A stretch of DNA of 64,000 nt, taken from positions 20,708,001 to 20,772,000 of the forward strand of contig OZ336890.1 of assembly GCA_965287045.1 (NCBI GenBank), given 5' to 3'. The translations under genes were made by a program, and so were the position numbers. Positions 35,531 to 48,479 of the stretch are shown one piece after another (positions within the stretch are counted from its first letter, which is position 1; each line of letters starts with the position of its first letter). This stretch comes from Carcharhinus amblyrhynchos. Lineage: Eukaryota. The notes under the pieces were generated by a model that was not told the DNA's origin, did not search any database, and saw only the letters and a list, made by a program, of their open reading frames with translations.

Positions 35531-35862
35531 TGGGTTGCCAACTGTGATTAAATGTATTCCTGAAGGTTTCACGGTATGACCTGTCAGCATGTTCCAATGA
35601 TTGGTCAGCTCATACATCCATCCTTGTGATGTTTTGCCTTCCCATTGCCAATCCACTCTCCAACTGGATGATGCTTGACAGAGGCTGAATAACCTCCCTT
35701 TTTTCAATATTTTTTGCACCTGGTGAACAGAAATGTTCAAAGCAAGTAATAAAGAAAAACAATTTAAATAAAAATTGTCTGATTTTCCTCCAGGTTAGAT
35801 AATCCTGGAGATAGATCTTCAATGCCTGGTGACTCCAGGCCAATCCTGGAGAGGTGGCAACA
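35531..35862. mobile_element. Old non-autonomous DNA transposon (hAT-like, GGGTTGCCA termini)
   Basis: gggttgccaactgtg ... gaggtggcaaca imperfect TIRs; same start motif at about 46412 and 57771. Confidence 0.5.
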
Positions 35863-36257
35863 ATATACTCTATTTATTATGCAGCATTTATAGGACAATA
35901 GCTTTTGATAGGTTTTTTTCTTACTGAAGTAAGGACACACTATATTAGTCACAATGAAAATGCATTTGTAAGGCAGAAAAGGATTGCAGTGTCTGAAGGG
36001 GAAATATAGAAGGTCACTCCTAAAGCTTGTACTGGGCTATGGGAGAGCAGTGTGAAATAACAAAACAGAATTATCTGAGAATGGGGAGTCGAGATGAGAA
36101 GCCACCTGGAATCAGAAATACACTTGTAGACAGGAGATGGGGCAAAGCAGTCTCTCTATCTGCTTCTGCTCTCCACAATATAGAGAAGGCAATGAACAAT
36201 TACACATCTCAGGCAGAAGGTAACTTTGGGGCTTGAGATATTGACATTAGAGAAATA

Positions 36258-36814
36258 TGTAACTCATTGCGGCTGTAGTAACTTCATCATAGAATTCCTA
36301 TGTGCAGAAGGAGGCTATTTGGCCCATCGAGTTTGCACAATCCCACCCAAACCCTATTCCCACAACCCCAGATATTTACCCGGCTAACCCCCTGATGCTA
36401 AGGGGCAATTCAGCTTGGCCTACCCCGCACATCATTGGATTGTGGGAGGAAACCCTCACAGACACGGGGAGAATGTGTAAACCCCACACAGACAGTGACC
36501 CAAGGCCAGAATTGAACCCGGGGTCCCTGGCGCTGTGAGGCAGCAGTGCTAACCACTATGCCACCATGCCAGCCCACTTTGAGGCAAGTAACAAACTAAA
36601 GGATTTATTGATTAAGAAGAACTATGTACAACAAAGGGTTTAACAGCGCATCTATACAGGTCAACTCCTAAGGATGCTCGAACTCCAACTGCAACCTTCC
36701 AGCTCCGGGAATGTGTGCCCTCGCTCCTGATAGGTTCAAGTTCATGCTCCATTTGTTCAGGCCCGATCATGTGATCCATGAAAGATTGCCTATTAAAGGC
36801 TCCATGCTACCTCA
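36258..36814 (-). mobile_element. Probable solo LTR split by an HE1 SINE (36286-36575)
   Basis: TG start, tttattga, ttaaagg...ctca end; clear HE1 inside. Confidence 0.5.
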
Positions 36815-37179
36815 GCAGTTATGTCATGGACATCGGCAGCCAAAATGGAATGACAAGAAGAATAATTTTTTAAACTTTATTAGCATGACAAGTTTATTAC
36901 ATTAACACTGCAATGAAGTTCATGTCCCTAGTCACCACATTCCGGTGCCAGTTCAGGTACAGTAATGTTACTGGGCAAAATTTTGACTTCACCAACTGCC
37001 CATGAAGTTATCGGGAGACAAAGATGCCATAACATAGAAAACCAACATTGTGAGGCAAACATTTCATACATCACTGACCCCCATCTTCAGAAGTTTCTTT
37101 CAGGTGTTTCAACAGCTTACAAACACTAAAGAGTTAAACTTGTATTTTGCGTTCACAGGCTCTCTGATTAAGTGAAGTG

Positions 37180-37800
37180 CAACAGAGGAAAATAGCAACA
37201 GGAATACTTTTGTCATCGCCTAGACTTTGGTTGAAAGATTGTAAAGGTACAAAGCAATAAAAAGGCTGGCTCTTAATCCTGCCGAAGCATTTTACAACAG
37301 GCACTTGGACTTAACCTTAGACAAACATGACATCATTCGGATGTCCTCATTAAGGATTCAGCTAACAGATTGGTTGTTCTGAGATTCTGTATTGTTTTCA
37401 CTGCTCTGTTCCCTCCTGAGACACATACAGCCCTAATAATGACAGAATCTTTCATTTTTGCCTGTCATTATGTGAATACACTTTGTTTTATGAAGATAGA
37501 CCAGTATTATCATACATAAAATTAGGCTGCGATGCCCATGGCCATTTGAATCAATGTATCATTTGGATGGTATACCTTTGCGATGTCTATAAACAACACT
37601 GTTCACTACTTACATCAATCTGTCATTGGCATTCATGACATTTCATTAACTGGGAATATCATTAGAAATTTACAAATTCCAATCAATAAAAGGCATAATC
37701 ATACAAATCACGGAACACAGTTATAAGCAGCAGGTAGTTTAGCACTCACCAGGTTAGCACTACTTCTCATGAGGACTAACTTTGAAATAATTCATGCACT
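37180..37800. promoter_or_regulatory. Candidate conserved non-coding element
   Basis: Repeat-free; multiple TGACA/TAAT, ATCAAT and TTTATG motifs. Confidence 0.3.
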
Positions 37801-37869
37801 AGCGGGTTGTGGGAAAGGCTCAAAATGCTTGGGATTTTGGATTCAAACCTGTAATGCCTCAAATACAAT

Positions 37870-38065
37870 GGGCAAGAGGTTCTCCAGCCTCCCAGCCACA
37901 TGGAGGTGGCGCGTTGTTTGCTAGCAGCTGGATTCCCTGGTCCCACTGCTGTTAATGGGAATTCCCACTGATGTCACCACATGCCAGCTGGAAAGTCATG
38001 GGCGGGGTGCACTATGGATGGGACCAGAGAATCTTGCCGGCATGAATGGCCAGAAAATTCCAGCC
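37870..38065. mobile_element. Harbinger-like MITE
   Basis: gggcaagaggttctcc ... ccagaaaattccagcc termini; flanks aat/att; related to 39352-39627 and 63443-63578. Confidence 0.6.
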
Positions 38066-39706
38066 ATTGTACTTACAGCACAGAAGCAGGCTCTTCTGCC
38101 TAATAGGATTATGCTGGATAAGAGCTTTCACAAAGATTCATTTGGACTCAAAATGTCAGCTCTTTTCTCTCCTCACAGATGCTGCCAGACCTGCTGAGAT
38201 TTTCCAGCATTTTCTCTTTTGGTCTTCTTAAGGTTATACTGGAGTTTATGCTCCACACTAGTCTTGTCACAATTTACTTAATCTCATTTTATCTACCAAG
38301 CAATTGCTAACAACGGCCTGTGAATCATGGGTCAACCATACACAGTATACAAAATTGAAAAGCAAGTGCAGAGGTGCATTGACCCTAGCCTAGAAAGTTA
38401 AGACAAGTGAAGCTAGGCTAATAAACACCCACTATTACCACCTCTAACTCTGCACTAATCAGCTACTGTTGGGATATTAAGAAGAAATGAGATTTGGTGC
38501 CGATTCCTGCGCTTCCTGTACAGTGCCACGCAAGTTGCTGCCTGAGGCTGCCATAATCCCCGGGATGGTAAAACTTCTGCAGGAAAGAAAGTGTGATTAT
38601 ACCTTTATTTAGCACCTTTCATGATTCTGGATGTCTCCAAAGTGCTTCACAGAGTACTTTTGAAATATTGCCCCAGTCTGTGATGCTGGAATGCCAGTGA
38701 ATAGGGAGTAGGGTATAAAAGATTCATAATGTGCACTTAAACCTTGTTTCCTTCATGATGAATGGTTGGTAGAACACTTGTTTCGCCGAATGTAAGTCGC
38801 ACATAAACACAATGGTAATGGAAGTGGGAAAAGGCTGATTCAGCGTTAAATCTCAATTTTTATTCCATTTGTACTTCTGCAATCATGTTCCTGACATGTT
38901 AACACTGAGGAGGTAGGGAGAAAACACCGCACTCTCAACAGCACACACAATATTTCCATTGTTAGCTTGCAGGATTAAAAATGGCACATTCAACCTGTGG
39001 CATCCTGCAGCTGCTGTTAATCCTTGGTCAGTGTCAACAGAAACTGTACAATCTGCTAAACGACTTTCATTACAGTGCTTTGCACTCATATTCAATAGTT
39101 ACTGAACAAGCTGTGTTATGTGGGATTAGGTATTCCATCAATAGAGGGTCACGGCAGCAAATAAATAATCCACAGGAAGAAAAGTTTGCAATCGTTTTTT
39201 TTCTCTCTGGCTGTTTGCGCTCGCTACTGTGAAGATGTCAGTTTTAGATGACAGAACCAAGAGTTATTGAATGTTCCAATGTCAAGGCTGTACTCCAATA
39301 ACACCACTTAAAACCAACAGCAAAATTGTCAACTCTGAAGGACAGTCATATGGGCTCAAAGTATTGGGTGGATTTCTCTGCCCTCCCCCTGCCCCCCAGC
39401 CCTCCCCCAACCCTCAACCATCGCTTGGCCTGTTTTTTGACAACAGGGGGATGACCCACCATTGGCCAACAGCAGGATATCCTGGTCCGTCGCTGTCAAT
39501 GGGATTTCCCATTAAATCAACATTGAATCCACTCCCCATCCCCACGCTGCCAGGAAACCTGTTGTGGGTGTGTGTTGTAAGCAGGACTGGAAGAGCCCAA
39601 TGGCACAAAGCATGGGAAAATCCCACCTGTTAACTCCATTTCTCCCTCCACAGATGCTGCTGCACCTGCAGTGTTTTCCCAGCACTTTCTGTATTTCTAG
39701 CAGAAT

Positions 39707-40004
39707 TATAAGAACATAAGAAATAGGAGCAGGAGTAGGCCATCCAGCCCTTCGAGCCTGCCCCGCCATTCAATAAGATTATGGCTGATCTGTCGTGTCT
39801 CAGTTCCACATTCCCGCCCTCTCCCCATAACCCTTAATCCCCTCGCTTATCAAAAACCTATCAACCCGCGTCTTAAAAATATTTAGCGAGGCAGCCTCCA
39901 CCACCTCAACGGGCAGAGAATTCCAGAGATTCACCACCCTTTGAGTGAAGAAGTTCCTCAACTCCATTCTAAACCGCCCCCCCCTTTATCTTGAGGCTGT
40001 GCCT
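39707..40004 (-). mobile_element. Young CR1 subfamily copy 3
   Basis: Near-identical to 22306-22613. Confidence 0.93.
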
Positions 40005-40006
40005 AA

Positions 40007-40322
40007 GAATCATAGAATCCCTAAAGTGCAAACGGAGATCATTTGGCCCATCAAGTCTGCACCAACAACAATCCCACCCAGGCCTTATCCCCATAGCCCC
40101 ATGTATTTTCCCTGCTAGTCCCACTGACATTAAGGAGCAATTTAAAATGACCAATCTACCTAACAGACATATCTTTGAACTGTGGGAGGAAACCAGAGCA
40201 CCCGAAGGAAACCCACACAGACATGAGGAGAATGTGAAAACTCCATCCACACAGTGACCTGAGGCCAGAATTGAGCCCGGGTACTTAGCTCTGTAAAGTA
40301 GCAGTGCAAACCACAGTGCCAT
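40007..40322 (-). mobile_element. HE1 V-SINE
   Basis: Full-length head to tail. Confidence 0.88.
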
Positions 40323-40566
40323 CCTTATTTATACCAGCCTGAATTCTGCACATTTCTTTCCCATACCCTTGTAGCTTGAGCGAGATGGTCAATCTGTGGG
40401 TGGCTTTTAATTGAGTACCAATATCCATTAGAAATCTGCTCACAGTCCTTCCAGATATTAAAGTGAGGAGACCATTATCATTAAGAGTCAAGGTAGGAAT
40501 TCAACAAAAAGCAATGCCCATTGCAGTCAAGAAGAATTGTTCGGGACCAGATCAGAAACTCCAAGG

Positions 40567-41315
40567 TATATTAGGAAGTTAGACTAGACCCCAACTACTT
40601 TTGACTTTTGGCATTAGCGTAAAGGATAAGGTATTTCAATCCTGATATGATTCTATTGACCTACTAGGGAGCTTCTGTTATAACAAACTTTATTTAACAA
40701 CATGATTTAATTTTAACAAAAAGAAGTAGTCTCACATTTACCAATTGAAATACATGAACATGATAAGATACAATTTTAACTGCTAGCCTATCTCTCTCAG
40801 TTCCAATTTAAGCAATATTCCTCATAGCGATAAACCCCTCTTCAAAATCAGTTAACAAACAACAGGTTTACAGATTGGCATGTGGTCAGCTAGTCCTCCA
40901 GCCTCCAGAACACCTCTGGAGAGAGATTATTTATTTTTTGGCAGGTTGGAAATCACAGTCCCTAGAGAGAGAGAGAGAGAGAAGAGAGCTCCTTCTTCTT
41001 GCAGATCCAAACTGAAACTGCCTACTTGTTTCTGTAGACATAACTCCTTCCATCAGCACATTACACGGTTTCTGTCAATCAAACTATTCAAGCCCTATTC
41101 TGAAAGCTCAGGGGACAACCTAAAACAAAAACAAAAATGCATTAGCTCAGATTAAAACAAACACCCCAGTAGCTAGGATTAATTATGCTTCTACATTCTC
41201 AGTATGTGTGTTACCTAGCAGACAGGTTGGCACCGTAAACCAGAGTTGAATTTTAAATCTATCTTTCAAAAAAAACATGATACAAACACATATCTTAAAG
41301 GCACAGTATCATCGT
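40567..41315 (-). mobile_element. Probable long solo LTR
   Basis: ctagaccccaac start region, aactttattt polyA signal on minus, cttaaaggcacagtatcatc end; resembles shark Gypsy LTRs from recall. Confidence 0.5.
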
Positions 41316-41622
41316 AGAGTCAATATTAAATATCAACTTTTATTCTATTTATATTTATGCAGCATTGCATAATGTCAGATATTAGTAACATTAAATAAGT
41401 ATTTTTAACAATAAATTTTCACCTATAGCTGTCTTTATGATACTTTAATTATCAATCTTTGGTTAAGTACTGAAATTACAGTGGCTGACTTGTGGATATC
41501 TCATTTATTTCTATTATATAAAAGGCAGAAAAGGACAAATGGTTAACTATCAGATTCTGCAGTGTTATATCATTGGATACTCTAATGGTTATTGGTTACA
41601 TTTATCAGAGGAGGAAGTGATG

Positions 41623-41985
41623 TGGAGGTGATAGCCTAGTGGTCTTACTGCTCGACTATCAATCCAGAAACTCAGCTAATGCTCTGGAGACCCAGGTTCA
41701 AATCCCACCACGGCAGATGGTGGACTTTGAATTCAATAAAAAAAATCTGAAATTGAGAATGTACTGATGACCATGTAAACCATTGTCAATTGTCAGGGAA
41801 AAAAGAAACATTTGGTTCCTTAATGTCCTTATGGGAAGGAAATCTGCTATCCTTACCTGGTCTGGCCTATGTGTGACTCCAGACACACAACAATGTGATG
41901 ACTGCCCTCCAAGGGCAACTAGGGAAGGGCAATAAATGCTGGCCAGCCAGCAATGCCCATGTCCCACAAGTGAATAAAAACAAAT
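41623..41985 (+). mobile_element. tRNA-derived SINE, family B
   Basis: Same head and tail as 33072-33416. Confidence 0.88.
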
Positions 41986-42276
41986 AAAACAACTGGAGTG
42001 TTTCCTATACCTGGTACCTGTATAATATATGCATTCTAGACAGTTATGCACATCAGGTGAATTCACATATCTTTTCACACTCTGATGTGTTTCATTCATT
42101 CTTTGTTGTATTTGCTTGCCTCAAATTGGTGTGGCATAACAAAATAACAGTGAGTGCACTTTAAAAGGATGAAAGTGGGTGTCAGGCACTTTGAAGCATA
42201 TTGATGACATGATAAGGCACTACATAAATGCAATTTTTATATACAAGTACCACCTTCTGTTGTCACTGAATGATGG

Positions 42277-42467
42277 TCATAGAATTACTACAGTGCTGAA
42301 GGAGGCCATTCAGCCCATCGAATCTACACTGGTTCTCTGACACAGCATCATACCCAGGCTATACCCTCACCCTATCACCCCAACCCCATGTATTTATCTT
42401 ACTAATCCCCCTAAATGACACATCCTGAAACTAAGGGGCAATTTACCATGACCAATCCACCTATCTG
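42277..42467 (-). mobile_element. HE1 V-SINE 3' half
   Basis: catagaa tail, ggaggccattcagcccatcga. Confidence 0.8.
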
Positions 42468-43335
42468 TGGTCATTAGTCATATATGAGTCATATCGGTAA
42501 TCATAAAAAAAGTACATCTAAGAATTATTTGCACTAGCAGTGGGCCAATTGAAATGACAGAGATAAGGTTTTAGCCCATGAGTCAATTTGTAAACAATAT
42601 ACTTCAAAGTGTAATGGACAGGTTTCAACACAGTATGAACCAAAGAAGTTCTAAATAGTGGTGAAGATGCTGGATCCTGGAACAATGGGAATTAGGCAAA
42701 TTGACTTTATTTTAATGAAAATTGTGTGTTTTTAAATCTAGAATGTTATGGATTGTCATAGCTACTGTGGTGGATTTTGCCATAGTTTCTGTCAAAACAT
42801 GAGCAGAGTTTTCAGTGCAGATTGTTGGATATGGATTGTGCTGAAACCACCTCAGTGAGATGAAAGCCCTTAAAAATAATGCATCTTTTCTCTCAGTTTT
42901 GTAGTTACGCAGCATCAACTAGGCAAGGAAAAGCCTCAAGGAAGTGCTGCGTAATTGTAATAATGACAGCACAACGTGGCAGAAATATAAGTTGTCCTGA
43001 GTGCCTCTTCACCTGTTCAAGATACAGTTATTATTTTATATAGTTATAAATCTTTTTGTTTGGTAAGGATATCCCAAGATATATGAAGCCAGGGCAGGTA
43101 ATTGGAGTAAAGATCAGCCAAAATCTAATTAAAAGCAAGAGAAGGATCAAAGTTCTGACAGAACCATTTCTGTTCTTATTCAGTGTTCCCACTAAAGAGC
43201 AAACGTTTACCCACTGATGGCACCAGATATGACAGTGAAGTTACAAAGCCAGAGTTATCTCCAGCTCTTGTAAGAGTGTCAGTGTGTGTGACATGCTGAC
43301 ATTATTACACAATATGATGATGTTAAAGTAATTCC

Positions 43336-43559
43336 AAAGTAAAAGGTAAAGTCGCCATAGCCCCAGGTGGCCATAGGCTGCTCTCCCCTTTAAAGGGAAC
43401 AGCTGACTGGTGGTGATTTAACCTGAGGATCACCACACCCCAATTGAGGGGCAAGGTTGAGGAGGTGGGACCTTCATGAATAAACTCAGCTGGTTCGGCA
43501 ATTGAACTGTTGGCATCACTCTGCATCAGCTGTCCAGCAAACTGAGCTAAACCAACCCC
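43336..43559 (-). mobile_element. tRNA-derived SINE, family C
   Basis: Minus head ggggttggtttagctcagtt (A box) and gttcaattgcc (B box); tail ggcgactttacctttt. Confidence 0.7.
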
Positions 43560-43652
43560 TAAAATAGTTCTGCTATGAATGCTTCAAGCGTGGTATGAGG
43601 TTAGTTCCTGGAGTGAGATGTCAATACAACATCATGGCAAAGTGGAAGAAAA

Positions 43653-44240
43653 TGTTGCATTTATATAGAGCCTATCATGCCCATCAGACATCGGAAAGCG
43701 TTATACAGGCAATGCAACAATTTTAAAGTGGTCTAATGGAAGAAAAGTGCAGCCAGTTTGCATACAGCAAGTTCCCACAAACAGGTTAATCATTTGTTGT
43801 GATGTCGATTGGTGATAAGTATTGGCTGGTATTCCAAGGATAACTCCACTCCAGAGTAGCACTATAGCCTCTTCTACATCCACCTGAGAGGGGCCTCAGT
43901 TGAATGTCTCACTTGAAGGATAGTGTTGCGTCCTCTGCTACTGGGGTACATTTCAAGACCTGACTACACAGACAGACATCAGGGAGCACAGGTATTTATT
44001 GACAGGTCTCACTTACTCCACACTCCAACTCCGAGTGCTCTCCCAGGGCCGTCCCCGGCAGATTTCCAAACACTCTGAATCATGTACCCATTCCTCTAAA
44101 GGTGCTACTCCCCCAACATACATAACATTTAGGACCTCATGCCCTCAGTATCAGCCTTGACTTTTGTGCTGAAGTGTGGGTTGGGACCTGAACCCCAAAT
44201 CTTCTGACTCAATGGCAAAGAATGCTACCAGCTGAGCCAT
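43653..44240 (-). mobile_element. Deu-type (SacSINE1-like) SINE split by a solo LTR
   Basis: ttgcatttatatag tail, acatccacctgagagg..cctcagttgaatgtctca, tRNA head tggctcagctggtagca. Confidence 0.7.
43924..44127 (-). mobile_element. Short solo LTR
   Basis: TGTTG...ATAACA termini, tttattga, interrupts the SINE. Confidence 0.6.
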
Positions 44241-44714
44241 TGCTGCAACACTCAAAGAGCACCTGGAATCATGGCATTGTAAATCTGCCTGGGACAGATG
44301 AACCTGAGAGTGCCCAACTCCCTTCCCCCTACGTAGTCATTTCTTAATCGTACCACCATGGGAAACAGTGAAGGTTAATCTCTCAGTGGATTCAAAGACA
44401 TACAGCTAAACAAATGGAGCCTTGGGACTCCCAAAAAATGACTTTCAACAGAGTTGTAAATCATTACACCATTCTCACCCCTCAAAGCTTCAACTGAGTA
44501 ACTCAGAACTCCGTATGCTAACCAGAGTCACAATGATGCCAATCATTGCAGTTGAGCTCTGGTTGGCATGGACAGAGGACCAAGCCCTTCAATATTTCTC
44601 TTCCTGTTGGATTTGCAAATATCAAGGTGAGGTAAGGAAGGTGTTTTAATTAATACACTTTAATTAGTTACAGAATACAAATGCACCAGACCCTTAAAAT
44701 TGTAGTTTTTGTTT

Positions 44715-45004
44715 CTTATTTATTAGTCTCAAGTAGGCTTACATTAACACTGCAATGAAGTTATTGTGAAAACCCCCTAGTTGCCAAGGCGACTATTCGG
44801 GTACAATGAGGGAGAATATAATGTGGCCAGTGCACCTAACCAGCACATCTTTCGGGCTGTGGGAGGAAACTGGAGCACCCAAAGAAAACCCACACTGACA
44901 CGGGGAGAATGCGCAAACTCCACACAGATCCAAGCCGGGAATCGAACCTGGGTTCCTGGCGCTATGAGGCAGCAGTGCGAACTACTGTGCCACCTTGCTG
45001 CCCC
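44715..45004 (-). mobile_element. V-SINE with alternative tail
   Basis: aagtaggcttacattaacactgcaatgaag tail. Confidence 0.88.
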
Positions 45005-45874
45005 TAATGTGGTTTTGAACAAAAAACTGACAATGTCCTGATTAAAACTGATTTGGGATTTTCCAGCTTTGTTTCCTACTGAATCCCTAAAATTATGAGA
45101 AAAACTATTATTTTCATTCTCTTGTTTTTCATTTTTCCTCCAACATTTTCCTCTTCCATCTTTTCTCCGAAAGACGTTAATATCTATTGGGGATGGTTCC
45201 TCAAGTACTGCCCAAATGTCCTTCTTCATCCTTTGCTTTCTTCCAATTTTCCTTCAGTTCTGTTCTCTGACTATTCCTATGATGGTGGTGACCCATTGCT
45301 GCAGAAGTTTTATGAGCTCCAGCAGCCTTCCAGTATCTAAACAAAGTACCAAGCAGCTCGGACAGAGAGTGTCAGGAGGCTGTTTTATCAGAATTGGCTC
45401 TGAACCCTGTTCCCGCCCAAAGGGAATTCAGATGATTTTCCACCCCCTGCCTAAACTAAAAGCTCTCACACACTGAACAATCAGAGGAGAACTCCTTTAA
45501 TAACTACTTATTAAAGATAACTAGTCTACATTCAATTAAGTTGCACTCATTGAAGTATTATATTTCTGAAAGGTTAGACTGATAGCCACTTCAAACTGGT
45601 CAGAAGTTATTTGCTTATAAGGTAAAATAAACCATAATAAACAATGTCAAGCCAATACATCTCAAATGAAAACACCCAGTAAAGGATAGGTGCCGCTGGA
45701 AGGAATGAATATTTTCTTAAACACTGGCTGTCATAGTTTTGGCTTCCAGCCATCAGAATAAGATTACAAACTCTCCTTCACTCTGCCTGAGAAAACCAGT
45801 GCAGATATAAAATCTGCCTGTTGAATAAACTGCTCTTAATTTACTCTCCTGCTCTCTAAAATATGATTTACATT

Positions 45875-46192
45875 TTTGGGGGAGGTGGGTATTGCTGACT
45901 GAGCATTTATTGCCCATCCCTAATTGCCCTTGAGAGTCAATCACATTTCTATGGGTCTGGAGTCACACGTAGGCCAGCAGATTTCCTTCCCTAAAGGACA
46001 GAAGTGAACCAGAAGGGTTTTAACAACAATTGACAGTGGTTTCATGGTCATCATTACACTTTTAATTCCAGATTTTTATTGAATTCAAATTCCACCATCT
46101 GCCATGGTGGGATTCGAACCCAGGTCCTCAGAGCACTACCCTGGGTCTCTGGGTTACTAATCTAGTGACAATAGCACCACGCCATCGCCTCT
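45875..46192 (-). mobile_element. tRNA-derived SINE, family B
   Basis: Reverse complement of the family-B head and tail. Confidence 0.85.
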
Positions 46193-47267
46193 CTCAAAAC
46201 CAGGACAATGATGGCAGAGACTGCAGTCCCCAGTGACAGTATGAGGAACTCCTGGCTCAGGTACTGGGTGAAGAGATACAGTGCAGAATTAAAACTGTCT
46301 CAATTACGTGCATTAGTCCAAACTGCAGGAAGGGTGTGCATAAAAAATGGTAGCGGGATGATGGCGGGATTTCCTACAACAACCATCATTGTGGTCATTA
46401 TGGTAATTATTTGTTGCCAACTGTGGTTGGAGTTATTCCGGAGATGTTGGCAGAAGCAATATCACAGAAAGCCAGTGGCATGGCGTGAGTGGGTTCTTGG
46501 ATTCTGATTGGCTGTATGAGCAGCGATACATAAATACAAATCCTGCCTCACCTCCTTTTACTGTTGCCAATGTGAAATAATTGGAGGAGGGAATACTGGG
46601 AACATCAGGATCAAGAAAATCTCAACGTTAAGCCGTTTGTGATAAAGCCCTTTACCAGGCTGCTCTGTGCACCCAGAGTGCTTTGGATACAGTTACAGCT
46701 GAGAACCTGCAATTGACACAGGCGAAAACATTCCAAATTGGAATACTGATACTCCAATGGAACTAGAATTGGAATGCCATGTAACCCTGCAATATTCCAT
46801 TCCAGTCCAGGCTGTCTCCGCATGAATTTCACATCCCTTAAAGTTTATACATTATTAAAGACAGAATAATTATGAAGCAAGTGTCCACCTCTGACGTAAC
46901 ACCATAATAAATACAGTGTGGGAAAAAACTGTTCAAAAGTTGAAATGTTTAAAGTCTCCAGCAACAATTTATTGCACACAGGAAAGAGACTCAACAGTTT
47001 AAATTATTATCTTTCTCCAACGGAGTTTACATTAACAATTGTAATGCCGCATAAAGGGCATCTATGCTCTAAGTATAAGTTGTAACTTTCTGTTGTAAGT
47101 TTTGTTGAACAGTTAATATGTAAATCTGGAAAGGTCTTAAAATTGATGGGGAGGTTGAGAGTGACTTGTTCTTTGCAGAATGGAGCAAATTGCTCAACGA
47201 ATCTTGATGAATTGCAACTCATGACGTGGATCTTATTTGGCTTAACTTGGCCTGCCAATTTGTCCAT

Positions 47268-47540
47268 CAGAATCATAAATGCAGAAGAGGCCCATCGAGT
47301 GCGCACTGACACATGAGAAACACGCAACTCCCACCTAATCCCATCTGCCAACACTTGGCCTATAACCCTGAATGTTATGATCTGCCAAGTGTTCATCCAG
47401 GCACTTTTTAAAGAATGTGAGGCAACCTGCCTCTACCACCCTCCCAGGCAGCACATTCTAAACCGTCACCACACTTTGGGTAAAAAGGCTTTTCCTCACA
47501 TCCTTCCTAAACCTCTTGCCCCTCACCTTGAAGCTATGTC
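47268..47540 (-). mobile_element. CR1 3' fragment
   Basis: Similar to 9563-10414 and 20264-20440. Confidence 0.8.
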
Positions 47541-47544
47541 TTTA

Positions 47545-48270
47545 AAGGGTGCCCCAGCCATAGCAAGAATAAATCTTCCGCCCGCCCACCTCAGAGCTCT
47601 CAAGGGCCCCCTTTCCCATCCCCGATCAGAATTCATACTTCTCTGCACCACACCTTAATCATCAGCTCATTCCCCTCATCAGTGACCCCTGATCAGTGAC
47701 CCTGCCCCCCACAGTTGGAGTCGGCACTGCCTCTCTCAATGGCCATCATCTGCATACCCGACTCCTCTGTCGGCTTCCGGCCACCACATACAAATGAATT
47801 CCCCCCCCGCCCCATGAAGCCCCCACTGTGGCCTGTGCCTTGGCACAGGTGACATTGCCAGGTTGGCAATTCCAGATTGGCATAGGCATAGTACCAACCT
47901 GGCAGTGCCAACCAGTGCTAAGAGGCATTGCCAGGCCACTGCCCGGCCATGTCCCTCTCTCCTGGGGCTATAGTCACCTTTATGCCCCCAGGGAGACCCC
48001 AATGCCAGGTTCTAGGTGAATCTGTTGTAAGCTGTGCCAATGTGATAATGGCGGGGGAGGATGTCAGTATGTGGCATGGTGCCAAGTTAATTATATTACC
48101 ATCTATTCAAATGCATGTAAAACATGCATAATGGGCATAAACCTAATGACATCACCAGTGAGAGGTGGGGAAGATCCAAAATCGCAGTCTCGCAGGTGGA
48201 ACTGTAACTTCCGGAGTTTGAGCCCCCGCTGGCATTGGAGGATAAGCATGGGCTCAAGATCACCCCCTAC
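47545..48270. mobile_element. Harbinger-like non-autonomous element
   Basis: GC-rich with repeated ggca/tgcc motifs; related to 7290-7682. Confidence 0.45.
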
Positions 48271-48479
48271 GCTATGGGATTTTCCTCCTGGGTTTGGGGC
48301 TTGTGGACAAAGCTGGCCCAACTCATTCAATGGCGTCAATATAAAACATTGTTTTAAATGTTCCCAGAAGACTTTCTTTGGCCACTGGGAGATTTATACC
48401 GATTCCAGTATGCTCCCAGTCATTGCTACATGCAGTAAATTGTTGCTAGAGATTTCAAATCGGGTTGGCAATCTCATTT

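Noticed and set aside
44422-45340. Candidate exons (GTAAGG donor near 44632; pyrimidine tract plus AG near 45257)
   Set aside because: No recognisable protein similarity and no consistent partner exons
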